Shown in pieces: positions 19,407 to 29,158 of a DNA stretch of 64,000 bases. Origin of the DNA: a virus. The translations under genes were made by a program, and so were the position numbers. The notes under the pieces were generated by a model. It searched no databases and was not told the DNA's origin. It saw only the letters and a program-made list of their open reading frames with translations. The stretch covers positions 2,140 through 66,139 of IMG/VR virus record IMGVR_UViG_3300013830_000222; one strand, 5' to 3'. The first letter of the stretch is position 1. Each line of letters starts with the position of its first letter.

Positions 19407-20006
19407 ATGGCTGCAGTAAAGAACAAGGTGAAGTTCGGTCTGAGAAATTGCCATTACGCGCTTGCAACAATGGATGATTCCCAGAACGTAACCTTCAGTA
19501 CGCCGGTGCCGATCCCCGGTGCGGTGTCCCTTTCGCTGAGTGCAGAGGGTGATAATGATCCCTTCTATGCAGATGATTCTGTGTATTTCCTGGTGGCAAC
19601 GAATACCGGCTATTCAGGAGATCTGGAGGTTGCCATGATTCCGGAGAGCTTCCTGAAGGATGTCCTGAAGGAGACGGAGGACGCGAACGGAGTCATCGTG
19701 GAGAACAAGGACGCGGAGCCGGCGCATTTTGCCCTGCTCTTCGAGTTCACGGGCGACAAGAAGCAGATCCGCCACTGCATGTACTACTGCAGTGCGACAA
19801 GACCGGCTATGGAAGGCGATACCAAGGAGGACAAGACGAATGTGAAGACCGAGAAGATCTCGATCACGTCGACGCCGCTGCCGAATGGCATCGTGAAGTC
19901 CAAGACCGGGTCCAATACCTCGGACACCGTCTACAACGACTGGTACAAGGCGGTTTATATGCCGTCTGCGACTCCGGCTTCTACGGAGACAGATACAGGT
20001 GCGTGA
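19407..20006 (+). CDS. major tail protein (phi13 family)
   Basis: KNKVKFGL.N.HYA, FYADD..Y, GYSGDLE, FALLFEF.GD. Confidence 0.92.
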   Translation: MAAVKNKVKFGLRNCHYALATMDDSQNVTFSTPVPIPGAVSLSLSAEGDNDPFYADDSVYFLVATNTGYSGDLEVAMIPESFLKDVLKETEDANGVIVENKDAEPAHFALLFEFTGDKKQIRHCMYYCSATRPAMEGDTKEDKTNVKTEKISITSTPLPNGIVKSKTGSNTSDTVYNDWYKAVYMPSATPASTETDTGA

Positions 20007-20096
20007 GAACAAGGACTGCATCGGCTGAGGCAGAAGCTTTAGCTGGTGCAGCCCGATTTTTGGAAATGGCAGGGTGCACTGCCTGGAGGAGACAGT

Positions 20097-20477
20097 ATGG
20101 CGGTTACAAAAGAGATTGAGATTGACGGGATCCCGGTGAAGTTCAAGGCATCGGCGGCGATCCCGAGATTATACAGAAACAAGTTCGGAAGGGACATCTA
20201 CAGGGATCTGGCAAAGCTCCAGAAAGCGATCGAGGAGAATGATGCGGATAATTCCTCCCTGGATAATTTCTCCCTGGACGTGTTCGAGAGCCTTGCCTGG
20301 CTTTCTGCCTGGCATGCGGATCCGCAGCATGTGCCGGACAATCCGGATGAATGGCTGGATCAGTTCAACACGTTTTCCATCTATGAGATCCTGCCGCAGA
20401 TCATTGAACTTTGGGGCATGAACGTGGAACAGCAGGTGGAGGCTAAAAAAAACTTCCCGCCACAGACAGGGAAATGA
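20097..20477 (+). CDS. tail assembly chaperone (gpG-like)
   Basis: Between the major tail and tape measure genes. Ends near slippery A AAA AAC. Confidence 0.85.
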   Translation: MAVTKEIEIDGIPVKFKASAAIPRLYRNKFGRDIYRDLAKLQKAIEENDADNSSLDNFSLDVFESLAWLSAWHADPQHVPDNPDEWLDQFNTFSIYEILPQIIELWGMNVEQQVEAKKNFPPQTGK

Positions 20478-20641
20478 CGACGCCGCTGTTTCTATTGCGG
20501 TGTGTGCAGCTGGGGATCAGCCTGCGGGATCTGGATCTTCTGACCATCGGGACGGTCAATGACATGTACTCGGAGATGAGCAACGACGACTATGACGGGT
20601 ACTGCGAGATCGCGACCGAGGCTCAGATGGATGCATTCTGA
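20474..20641 (+). CDS. tail assembly chaperone -1 frameshift extension (gpT-like)
   Basis: The -1 frame is open from the A8C site (20445-20453) to TGA 20639-20641: LPATDREMTTPLFLLRCVQLG...QMDAF. Confidence 0.8.
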   Translation: MTTPLFLLRCVQLGISLRDLDLLTIGTVNDMYSEMSNDDYDGYCEIATEAQMDAF

Positions 20642-20686
20642 TGGCGGTACAAGGTAGGTTTTTGATTTTATGGGAAGGAGGCCGGC

Positions 20687-23221
20687 ATGGCGGACAGGAT
20701 AAAGGGCATAACTGTCGAGATCAATGGTGATACCACCGGTCTCTCGAAGGCTCTTTCGGGTGTCAACAAGGAGATCAGGAATACCCAGGCGCAGCTGAAG
20801 GACGTGAACAAGCTCCTGAAGCTGGATCCGGGCAATACGGAGCTGATCGCACAGAAGCATAAGCTCCTGCAGCAGGCGGTCGATGAGACGAAAAAGAAGC
20901 TGCAGTCCCTGAAGGAGGCCCAGAAGCAGGCGGATGAAGCCTTAAAGAACGGGACCATTTCCCAGGAGCAGTATGACGGTCTGCAGAGGGAGATTGCAGA
21001 GACTACCCAGAAACTGAAGGATCTGGAAGCCCAGGCGGAGCAGTCGGCAACAGCACTGCAGAAGATCGCAGCAGCCGGAGGAAAGCTCAAGGATATCGGC
21101 GGCAAGGTATCTGGAATCGGAAAGGATCTGACTACTTATGTGACGGTCCCTCTGGCGGCAGCTGGTGCTGCGGGCGTGAAGTCCTTTGCCGAGGTCGACA
21201 AGACGATGGCGCTTGCCAACAAGACAATGGGCAACACGGCAGAGCAGGCTGGTGTCTTGAACGATGCCATGAAGGACGCAGCGGCCAATTCCACCTATGG
21301 AATGAGCGATGCCGCGAACGCCACATTAAACTTCGCAAGAGCCGGTCTTGATGCGGAACAGTCGGCAGCGGCTCTCGCACCTGCCATGAACCTGGCTGCC
21401 GGCGAGGGTGGCGACCTGGATACGGTTTCCGCAGGACTGGTCGCGACGATCAACGGCTTTCACGGGTCCTTTGAAGAGGCAGGAACTTATGCAGACGTAT
21501 TTGCCTCTGCCTGCAACAATTCGGCACTGGATGTAAACAGCCTGTCATCGGCTATGTCGGTGGCGGCACCGATCTTTGCCTCCGCTGGCTATAAGGTTAA
21601 TGACGCAGCTCTCTACATGGGCGTGATGGCCAACAACGGAATCGAAGCCGACAAGGCAGCCAATTCCCTGAAGACCGGTATCGCAAGGCTTGTCTCTCCG
21701 GCCAAGGACGGTGCGGAGATGATGGAGAAGCTGGGCATCTCCATCACGAACTCCGACGGATCCATGAAGGATTCCGTTACCGTGCAGAAGGAACTGCATG
21801 ACGCCTTCGCGAATCTGTCGGAATCGGAGCAGATCGCTGCGGCCTCCGCAATTTTCGGGAAGAACCAGATGGCGCCCTGGCTGGCGCTGATCAATACGGC
21901 GCCGGGCGATGTGAATGAGCTGAATGCTTCCCTGACAGCCTGCGGCGGAACGACGAAGGACATGGCGGACACCATGATGAATGGCTTCGGCGGATCCATT
22001 GAGAAGCTGAAGTCTTCCATCGATGTTTTAGTCTATTCGCTCGGTCAGGCGCTGGCGCCTACGATCCAGAGCGTGATCAATTTCCTGCAGGGGCTGGTGG
22101 ATAAGTTCAATGCCTTAAGTCCTGCCCAGCAGGACCTGATCGTGAAGGTCGGGCTCTTCGTCGCGGCAATCGGGCCGGTTCTTCTCATCGTGGGAAAGCT
22201 CATGTCGGCGGTCGGGACGATTATGACGGTTGTTCCAAAGCTGGCGGGATTGATCAGTACGGTGAAGGGAGCCTTTGCCGCCCTGAACGCGGTCATGCTG
22301 GCCAATCCGATTATGATCGTCATTGCTGCGATCGCGGCGCTGGTGGCGGCATTCATCTATCTCTGGAATACAAATGAGGAGTTCCGGCAGTTCTGGATCA
22401 ACCTTTGGGAGAGCATCAAGCAGGCGGTCATCACAGCCTGGAACGCGATTGGAGAGTTCCTGAAGAGAGCCTGGGAAGAAATCAGGAATACCTGCCAGAC
22501 GATCTTTAATGCCATCAAGACATTTTTCCAGACTGTGTGGAACGGGATCAAAAATATCTTCTCCACAGCAGTCGGCGCGGTGAAGACGGTGGTCACCAAT
22601 GCCTGGAATGCGATTAAGACGGTCACCTCGACCGTATGGAACGGCATCAAGTCTGTCGTGACGGGAGCTGTCAATGCGATCAGGAACGGGATCTCTACAG
22701 GGCTTACTGCGGCGAAGAATACGGTCACAAATATCCTGAACGGAATTAAGAATGCGTTCTCAACAGTCTGGGAGGGTGCGAAGAACATCGTCTCCGGTGC
22801 CATCGGGAAGATCAAGGGCATGATGAACTTCCATTGGGAGCTGCCAAAGCTGAAGCTGCCGCATTTTTCCATCACAGGAAAATTCAGCCTGGATCCGCCC
22901 TCCATTCCGAAGATTGGAGTGGAGTGGTATCGGAAGGCGATGGGCGACGGCATGATCCTGGATTCACCGACTATATTTGGCACTGCTGGCGGAAAGTTAC
23001 TGGCTGGAGGTGAGGCAGGTCCTGAGGCGGTGGTCGGAGTGGATTCGTTGAGGACCATGATCCAGGAGGCGGTCGCCGGACAGACGGCGGTGCTCGCCCA
23101 GGCGATCGGAGCGGCCGGCGGCGGGGACATTACCATTCCTGTCTATGTGGGTGGAACACTTCTGGATGAGATGGTTGTCACAGCGCAGAATCGGCAGAAC
23201 CTGAGATCAGGAGGAAGGTGA
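20687..23221 (+). CDS. tail tape measure protein
   Basis: MADRIKGITVEING, Ala-rich TP901-like core, periodic Trp repeats, GGEAGPEAV. Confidence 0.93.
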   Translation: MADRIKGITVEINGDTTGLSKALSGVNKEIRNTQAQLKDVNKLLKLDPGNTELIAQKHKLLQQAVDETKKKLQSLKEAQKQADEALKNGTISQEQYDGLQREIAETTQKLKDLEAQAEQSATALQKIAAAGGKLKDIGGKVSGIGKDLTTYVTVPLAAAGAAGVKSFAEVDKTMALANKTMGNTAEQAGVLNDAMKDAAANSTYGMSDAANATLNFARAGLDAEQSAAALAPAMNLAAGEGGDLDTVSAGLVATINGFHGSFEEAGTYADVFASACNNSALDVNSLSSAMSVAAPIFASAGYKVNDAALYMGVMANNGIEADKAANSLKTGIARLVSPAKDGAEMMEKLGISITNSDGSMKDSVTVQKELHDAFANLSESEQIAAASAIFGKNQMAPWLALINTAPGDVNELNASLTACGGTTKDMADTMMNGFGGSIEKLKSSIDVLVYSLGQALAPTIQSVINFLQGLVDKFNALSPAQQDLIVKVGLFVAAIGPVLLIVGKLMSAVGTIMTVVPKLAGLISTVKGAFAALNAVMLANPIMIVIAAIAALVAAFIYLWNTNEEFRQFWINLWESIKQAVITAWNAIGEFLKRAWEEIRNTCQTIFNAIKTFFQTVWNGIKNIFSTAVGAVKTVVTNAWNAIKTVTSTVWNGIKSVVTGAVNAIRNGISTGLTAAKNTVTNILNGIKNAFSTVWEGAKNIVSGAIGKIKGMMNFHWELPKLKLPHFSITGKFSLDPPSIPKIGVEWYRKAMGDGMILDSPTIFGTAGGKLLAGGEAGPEAVVGVDSLRTMIQEAVAGQTAVLAQAIGAAGGGDITIPVYVGGTLLDEMVVTAQNRQNLRSGGR

Positions 23222-23225
23222 GAGA

Positions 23226-23588
23226 ATGGCTTTTATACAGTATCTGACCTTTGATAATGTGGCGATTCCCCGGCCGGACTCCTATGAGGTGCAGCTTTCC
23301 GATGTGGAGGCGGACTCCGGCGGGGAGACAGAGGCCGGGACAACGCAGAGAGATATCGTGCGGACAGGGGTCGCAGAGATCCCTGTTTCCTTTTCCGTCA
23401 GCCCATCCTGGATGAAGCGGCTGACGGCCTATAAGAACAAGGCTTCCATCTCGGTGAAGTACTATGATCCAGAGACGGCAGCGGTGAAGATAGCAGAGAT
23501 GTATATTGACGGCTTCAAGGCAAAACTGGTGCAGGATACCAGCTATGGAGGGCTGTGGAACGTTTCCTTCACGCTGAGAGAATTCTGA
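23226..23588 (+). CDS. distal tail / minor tail protein
   Basis: 120 aa directly after the tape measure gene; ETEAGTTQRD. Confidence 0.7.
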   Translation: MAFIQYLTFDNVAIPRPDSYEVQLSDVEADSGGETEAGTTQRDIVRTGVAEIPVSFSVSPSWMKRLTAYKNKASISVKYYDPETAAVKIAEMYIDGFKAKLVQDTSYGGLWNVSFTLREF

Positions 23589-23730
23589 TTGGGTGAATCA
23601 GTCAAGACTGATATGATGAAGGAAATAAATCAGTATTTTTCAGATTTGGAAAAATATTCTTGCCTTGATACTTGACTGGATCTCAAGACGACATGGATCG
23701 CTTTTGACCCAAAATGATAATCCATATTTT

Positions 23731-23780
23731 AACTGTTGACAGGTCAACAATTAAGAAGCATAATTGACATATCAACAGTT
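23731..23780. promoter_or_regulatory. paired MarR operator palindromes / promoter
   Basis: TGTTGACAGGTCAACA and TTGACATATCAA. The region is bracketed by AACTGTTGA...TCAACAGTT and contains TTGACA. Confidence 0.75.
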
Positions 23781-23791
23781 AGAGGTGGGAA

Positions 23792-24226
23792 ATGAATAAC
23801 ATTGGGAAACAGATCAATATCCTGGTCAGGCAGTTTAATCTCTATCTGAATCACGAATTAACAGAGCTTAATGTGTCCGCAACGGAGATCCTGTACCTTG
23901 CCTCACTGTATAAAGAGGATGGACTTACGCAGGATGAACTGGCATCTGAATATCTTGTCGATAAAGCTGCGGTCGCAAGAACCGTCAGCAAGATGGAGGA
24001 CAAAGGGCTGATTACAAGAAAAGATAATCCGAAGAACAGAAGGCAGAAACAGCTCTTTCTGACAGAAAAGGCGCGGAAAATCAAACCGGAACTTAAAAAG
24101 GTTCAGGATCGATGGCTAAAGATTATGACGGAAGATGAAGACGCAGGTCTGACAGAAGCACTTTCATCATACCTCGACAGAATCGTAAGCCGTGCAATTA
24201 GTGTGAATCAGAAGGAGGCGGAATAG
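23792..24226 (+). CDS. MarR-family transcriptional regulator
   Basis: GLTQDELA...DKAAVARTVSKMEDKGLITR..NP.NRR...LFLT. Confidence 0.93.
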   Translation: MNNIGKQINILVRQFNLYLNHELTELNVSATEILYLASLYKEDGLTQDELASEYLVDKAAVARTVSKMEDKGLITRKDNPKNRRQKQLFLTEKARKIKPELKKVQDRWLKIMTEDEDAGLTEALSSYLDRIVSRAISVNQKEAE

Positions 24227-24227
24227 A

Positions 24228-24887
24228 ATGGATATCAAAGAAGCAATCAAAGCAAGGCATATGGTTCGCAAATATACGGATAAAACGATACCGGCTGATC
24301 TCGTAGAGCAGCTGAATGCCAGAATCACGGAAAACAATGAAAAGTATGGGATGAATATAAAGCTTGTCACAGGAAAGTCGGATGGTTTAAGTGCTGTTGC
24401 CAAACTGGTGCTGGCAAGAGGCGTCAACAACTATATAGCCCTTTCCGGCAAGGATACACCGGAGCTTGATGAGAAAGCAGGTTATTGCGGTGCGGATGTT
24501 ATGCTTTATGCGCAGACGCTTGGTCTCAACACCTGGTGGGTCGGCGGCATGTATTCAAGGAAAGGCGTAAGCAATAATACTGATGGTGAAAGACCTGCCG
24601 GGATCATAGCAATCGGCTACGGACAGACACAGGGCGTTCAGCATAAGATGAAGACACCATCGGATATCAGTTCCTATGAGGGTGATGAACCACAGTGGTT
24701 CAAGGACGGCGTGGAAGCCCTTCTTTTAGCTCCGACTGCTCTTAACAAGATGGCTTTTACAGTAAAGGGAACCGGAAATAAGGTTTCTCTTTCCTGCGAA
24801 AATGGTATTTTTTCCGGCGTTGATAAAGGAATTGGCAAATATTTCTTTGAGGCTGGTGCAGGAAAAGAAAACTTCGAGTGGGTGTAA
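24228..24887 (+). CDS. nitroreductase-family protein (TM1586-like)
   Basis: AIKARHMVRKY, AQTLGLNTWWVGG, LAPTALN. Confidence 0.88.
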   Translation: MDIKEAIKARHMVRKYTDKTIPADLVEQLNARITENNEKYGMNIKLVTGKSDGLSAVAKLVLARGVNNYIALSGKDTPELDEKAGYCGADVMLYAQTLGLNTWWVGGMYSRKGVSNNTDGERPAGIIAIGYGQTQGVQHKMKTPSDISSYEGDEPQWFKDGVEALLLAPTALNKMAFTVKGTGNKVSLSCENGIFSGVDKGIGKYFFEAGAGKENFEWV

Positions 24888-24889
24888 TT

Positions 24890-25591
24890 ATGGATGAGCA
24901 GATCAGAAAACTACAGCAGATGCTGGATGAGAGCCGGTTTACACTGGTTGTTACCGGTTCCGGGATTTCCGTTGCATCAGGCATTCCGAGCATGCACGGG
25001 CTTAATCTGGCAGAAACGCTGCAGTTTGTATCCAACAATGTTCTTAGGGCAACGCCGGAGCATTACTACAGGGTAGCAAGGCGTTCGTTTTTGAAGGCTA
25101 TGTTTGAGAACGGTCCCAGCCTGTCACATAAGAAGCTTTCTGAGCTTGAGCAAAAAGGTAAAGTGCATGGGATTATCACGACAAACCTTGATAATCTGCA
25201 CAGCATGGCCGGTTCTGTAAATGTGGCGGAGATCCAGGGAAGCTTTGCAGTAAATACCTGCCTGAAATGCGAAAAACAGAATTTTGATGTAAATATATGG
25301 AATCAGGGTAAGGCACCAAGATGTGAATGCGGAGGGCTTTACAGCTGCTGGCCTGTTTATGCACACATCGGTCTTTATGAACCGGACGCGGCGAAAGCGA
25401 GGACATGGGCAGCAAAGGCTGAACTGGTTATTCTTGTCGGCGCAGAAGGGGCATATGGCGGTGTCTATTGGAATTCAATCCCATCTTCAGCAAGGATTGT
25501 TCAAATCAATCCGGGAAAGACACAATTTGATTCATCCGCCATTCTGAATATCAGAAAACCGTGTGATGAGGTATTTGCTTTGTTGGACTGA
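24890..25591 (+). CDS. Sir2/sirtuin-family protein with non-canonical active site
   Basis: TGSGISVASGIP, ITTNLDNLH, EIQGS, CLKC..CECG zinc ribbon, INP. Confidence 0.88.
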   Translation: MDEQIRKLQQMLDESRFTLVVTGSGISVASGIPSMHGLNLAETLQFVSNNVLRATPEHYYRVARRSFLKAMFENGPSLSHKKLSELEQKGKVHGIITTNLDNLHSMAGSVNVAEIQGSFAVNTCLKCEKQNFDVNIWNQGKAPRCECGGLYSCWPVYAHIGLYEPDAAKARTWAAKAELVILVGAEGAYGGVYWNSIPSSARIVQINPGKTQFDSSAILNIRKPCDEVFALLD

Positions 25592-25684
25592 TGACAATCG
25601 CCATAATTTAAAAATATGATGTTTATGAGGGTCATAGAGATATGGCTCTTTTCTTTTGCCATAAACTGAGGAAGGAGGCGGGCG

Positions 25685-27667
25685 ATGTATCCGGTAAGTG
25701 ATGTGTTTCTGCAGGCGGTGCAGAGGAAAACCCGCCATTATTACTGGACAGGGAAAATCACGACGACCGGCGGTGCAGCGTATGAGTTTGGTCCGGAGGA
25801 TATCGTGAAGGGATCCGGATATATTTCTGCCCAATGCTGCGGGTCCTCTGAAATCGAGCTGGGAACGGTGTATGCCGCGGAGTTCGGGATCTCATTATTT
25901 TCCTCGATAGACCGGTACACGCTGAAGGACGCAAAGGTCGAGCTGTTCTATCATCTGGAGCTGACGGACAGGACTTATGAGACGGTGCCGATGGGAATCT
26001 TTGAGGTCTCGGAGGCCAACCGGAAGGTCAGGACGCTGGAGCTGAAGGGTTATGACTACATGCTCCGGTTCGAGCAGAACTTCAACGGCTTTGAGACCAT
26101 TGGAACACCGTATGACTTCATCGCTCTGTGCTGCAAGGCCTGCAAGGTGGAGATGGCGCAGACGAAGGAACAGATCGAAGCCATGACCAATGGCACCCAG
26201 GCCATGTCCATCTATACAGAAAATGATATCGAGACCTACAGGGACTGTCTTTATTATGTTGGGCAGGTTCTGGCAGGCTTTTTTGTTATCAACCGGGAAG
26301 GAAAGCTGGAGCTTCGGAAGTATGGAATGAACCCTGTTCAGACCTACGAGGCGAAGCACCGGTTTTCGTCCAGCTTTTCGGATTTCATCACAAGGTATAC
26401 GGCGGTCAATTCTACGAACCGGCGGACGGAGATTGCTGAGTACTATGCCCTGGAGACGGATGATGCTCTGATCATGAACCTGGGCGTGAATCCTTTGCTG
26501 CAGTTCGGCCTGGAAGAGACCAGGGAGATGCTCTGCAGGAACATCCTGAATGACATTGCACAGATCCGCTATGTGCCTTTTGAGTCGGACACGATCGGAA
26601 ATCCGGCACTGGATCTTGGGGATGTGCTGACTTTTTCCGGAGGACAGGCTGACGCAAATCAGCTGGCAGCCATTACCTCTATGGAGATCAAGATCGGCGG
26701 GAAGGAGACGCTGAAGTGCGTCGGCAAGAATCCGCTGCTGGCTCAGTCGAAGTCCAAGAACGATAAGAATATTGCCGGCCTGATGAATTCCATTGAGCAG
26801 GGGAAAATCGGAATTCATACCTTTACCAATGCTTCTGTCATTGACGTAGCGGAGACAGATAAGAAGATCATCAGCATTCAGTTCGCGACCTCGGAAGCAA
26901 ACCATGTTCAGTTCTTTGGGCAGGTCATGATCAATGTGGCGGCGAAGGCTGTGACGAAGGCAGGAGAGGCGGCGGGTAGCATTACCGTTCCGGCACTGCC
27001 GGTAAGCACAGCTTCTGGAATATCGGATGCCGACGGTACTGATAACGGATCATCGGATTCTGCTGGGATGGGAGCTGGAGACACTTCAGAAAGTACGGAT
27101 TCGACCGAATCCGGAACCGGCGACACAAGCGGAAACACTGATGCAGGCGGAACGGATACCACTGCAGAATCCTCCAGCACGTCAGAGACAGTCATCCAGG
27201 TGGCGCTGCCGGTCACGATTGAAATGGATGGGCAGGCAGAGGGGATCATTACTTATGAATTCAATGATACGAAGCTGACGACACCGGTGCCGGTGGAGAC
27301 CTGGCATTCCGGGAAGCATATCCTGAGCCTCTATTATCCGATCGAGAACGTCATTGCCAATTACACGAATACCTTCAACGTGTATATGAGGATGACCAGC
27401 GGGACCGGAAGAATCGAGATCGGCGACATTATCGCATCGATCAGCGGCCAGTCCATGGCGGCAAAGGAGGCTTGGGATGGAAAGATCGCAATCGATGAGA
27501 AGATACAGCCCTTCAGACTGACGGCAGCGATAAGGCCGATCGCATTTACGGAAGCTATAGAGAAGGAAGTGAAGTGGGTCGTCAATTATTACTGGAGCGA
27601 CACCATCACCGGAAGGCAGAAGGTTGGCGCCTTCGGCAAGATCATGGAGACAGGAGGTACAGCATGA
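25685..27667 (+). CDS. tail tip / baseplate hub protein
   Basis: 660 aa in the tail module; GNPALDLGDVL. Internal S/T/G/D-rich linker. Confidence 0.75.
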   Translation: MYPVSDVFLQAVQRKTRHYYWTGKITTTGGAAYEFGPEDIVKGSGYISAQCCGSSEIELGTVYAAEFGISLFSSIDRYTLKDAKVELFYHLELTDRTYETVPMGIFEVSEANRKVRTLELKGYDYMLRFEQNFNGFETIGTPYDFIALCCKACKVEMAQTKEQIEAMTNGTQAMSIYTENDIETYRDCLYYVGQVLAGFFVINREGKLELRKYGMNPVQTYEAKHRFSSSFSDFITRYTAVNSTNRRTEIAEYYALETDDALIMNLGVNPLLQFGLEETREMLCRNILNDIAQIRYVPFESDTIGNPALDLGDVLTFSGGQADANQLAAITSMEIKIGGKETLKCVGKNPLLAQSKSKNDKNIAGLMNSIEQGKIGIHTFTNASVIDVAETDKKIISIQFATSEANHVQFFGQVMINVAAKAVTKAGEAAGSITVPALPVSTASGISDADGTDNGSSDSAGMGAGDTSESTDSTESGTGDTSGNTDAGGTDTTAESSSTSETVIQVALPVTIEMDGQAEGIITYEFNDTKLTTPVPVETWHSGKHILSLYYPIENVIANYTNTFNVYMRMTSGTGRIEIGDIIASISGQSMAAKEAWDGKIAIDEKIQPFRLTAAIRPIAFTEAIEKEVKWVVNYYWSDTITGRQKVGAFGKIMETGGTA

Positions 27668-29073
27668 AGCTAAAGGGAAGGATGACCATTGAGCTCATGG
27701 ACTCGAATACCGGGGCAGTGGAGACAGTTACAGAGGAAAATATGATCACAGAGGCGGTGAACGACCTCTTTGCCTATAATCCCTTCGGAGTCCATTACAC
27801 GACCGGAAACACGATCAACGAGGTGGAGTGGTACAAGACCATGCTGCCCATCTGTCCGAACCTGATCGGCGGGATTTTATTATTTTCAAAGCCTCTGACG
27901 GAGGATGCAGCGAACATTTACCCACCGACGGACAACCTGCCGGTGGCCTATGCCTCCAACAATGTGAATTCCACGGCGGATGTGGCAAGAGGAAGCCTGA
28001 ACCAGTCAGAGAGTAAGAAACTCGATAACGGCTATAAGTTTGTCTGGGAGTTTACTCCTTCTCAGGGCAACGGGACGATTGCAGCCGCAGCGCTGACCTC
28101 CTGCTGGGGCGGGACGAACGCATTCGGAAGCTCCGCGGGGACCAAGGCGACATTTCAGATGATGAAGAGGGTGAACATCGGGGATGTGGCGGACGCCAGG
28201 AAGCGGATGCTCTTTAACGCCGTCGCTTTTGACTGGGAGAAGGAACTCCTGACCTCGATCACCTATAAGGACTCTGCGGTCGTGATCCGAAAGCTCAGGG
28301 TTCCGACCTTTACCATCGGGCTGAATGAGCAGCTGAACGATTCGACGACCTCAATCCTTGAGGAGAAATCCGTGACGACGACTTCCTTTGTCTGGGGCGA
28401 TGACTACAGCGTCTGGGGAGATTTCTTTGACGGAGGCGACGGCTACTGGTACGGATTCTCTTCAGAGGGAAATTCGTCCGGCAACGCGACGGTCACCTGG
28501 GTGAAGATCAAGAAGGATGATCTCACGATGACGGACGGCTCCTGGACGCTGACAAAGGCATATCTTCACCGGATCGGGACCAGGGATGAGGCGTCGAGCT
28601 ATCCGGAAAGGACCATTTATTCCGTGATGCGGGGCGGCTATCTCTATGTGCTGGCCTACAACAAGAAGGGCATCTACAAGATTAATGCCAACAACCAGAC
28701 GGATGTCACGCTGATCCCGTTCGGATTTACATCTGCCTTAAAGCCGCTCTGCGAGTCCGGAAGCTGCGAGGTTTACATGACGGTTGTGAACGGGCTGATC
28801 ATGGGATGGGATTTCATCCTGGACGCGTCAGATAAGGTGACGAAGGTCGGCGGTGCGGTGCGGCTGGAGGACGCGGCTTCGCCCATTTTCCAGTACAAGA
28901 ATTATCTCGTGCAGTGGGGAGGCTCCTACGGAAATGAGTACCGGACGGTGTACATCCTGACGCCGTATCTGGCTTCCATCAATAATCTTTCTCAGACCGT
29001 GGAAAAGACAGCTGAAAAGACCATGAAGATCACGTACACGCTGACGCAGGAGGCGGAGACATCGGCATCCTGA
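27664..29073 (+). CDS. minor tail protein, probable receptor-binding protein
   Basis: Last tail gene before the holin; YVWEF-like ..GNGTI motif and KTMKITYTL C-terminus. Start reassigned to ATG 27664. Confidence 0.7.
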   Translation: MKLKGRMTIELMDSNTGAVETVTEENMITEAVNDLFAYNPFGVHYTTGNTINEVEWYKTMLPICPNLIGGILLFSKPLTEDAANIYPPTDNLPVAYASNNVNSTADVARGSLNQSESKKLDNGYKFVWEFTPSQGNGTIAAAALTSCWGGTNAFGSSAGTKATFQMMKRVNIGDVADARKRMLFNAVAFDWEKELLTSITYKDSAVVIRKLRVPTFTIGLNEQLNDSTTSILEEKSVTTTSFVWGDDYSVWGDFFDGGDGYWYGFSSEGNSSGNATVTWVKIKKDDLTMTDGSWTLTKAYLHRIGTRDEASSYPERTIYSVMRGGYLYVLAYNKKGIYKINANNQTDVTLIPFGFTSALKPLCESGSCEVYMTVVNGLIMGWDFILDASDKVTKVGGAVRLEDAASPIFQYKNYLVQWGGSYGNEYRTVYILTPYLASINNLSQTVEKTAEKTMKITYTLTQEAETSAS

Positions 29074-29158
29074 CGCGCGATATTATTTTGAACCTGTAAA
29101 TGGGCAGCTCCTTTTGGGGCTGTCTTTTGTTTTGCCTGTAAGGGAGAAGGAGGTAGCG

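Noticed and set aside
22380-22800. Periodic repeats in the tape measure gene
   Set aside because: Ordinary 11/22-residue Trp-spaced tape measure repeats.
23590-23720. Possible gene remnant upstream of marR
   Set aside because: Short and interrupted; no recognisable homology by eye.
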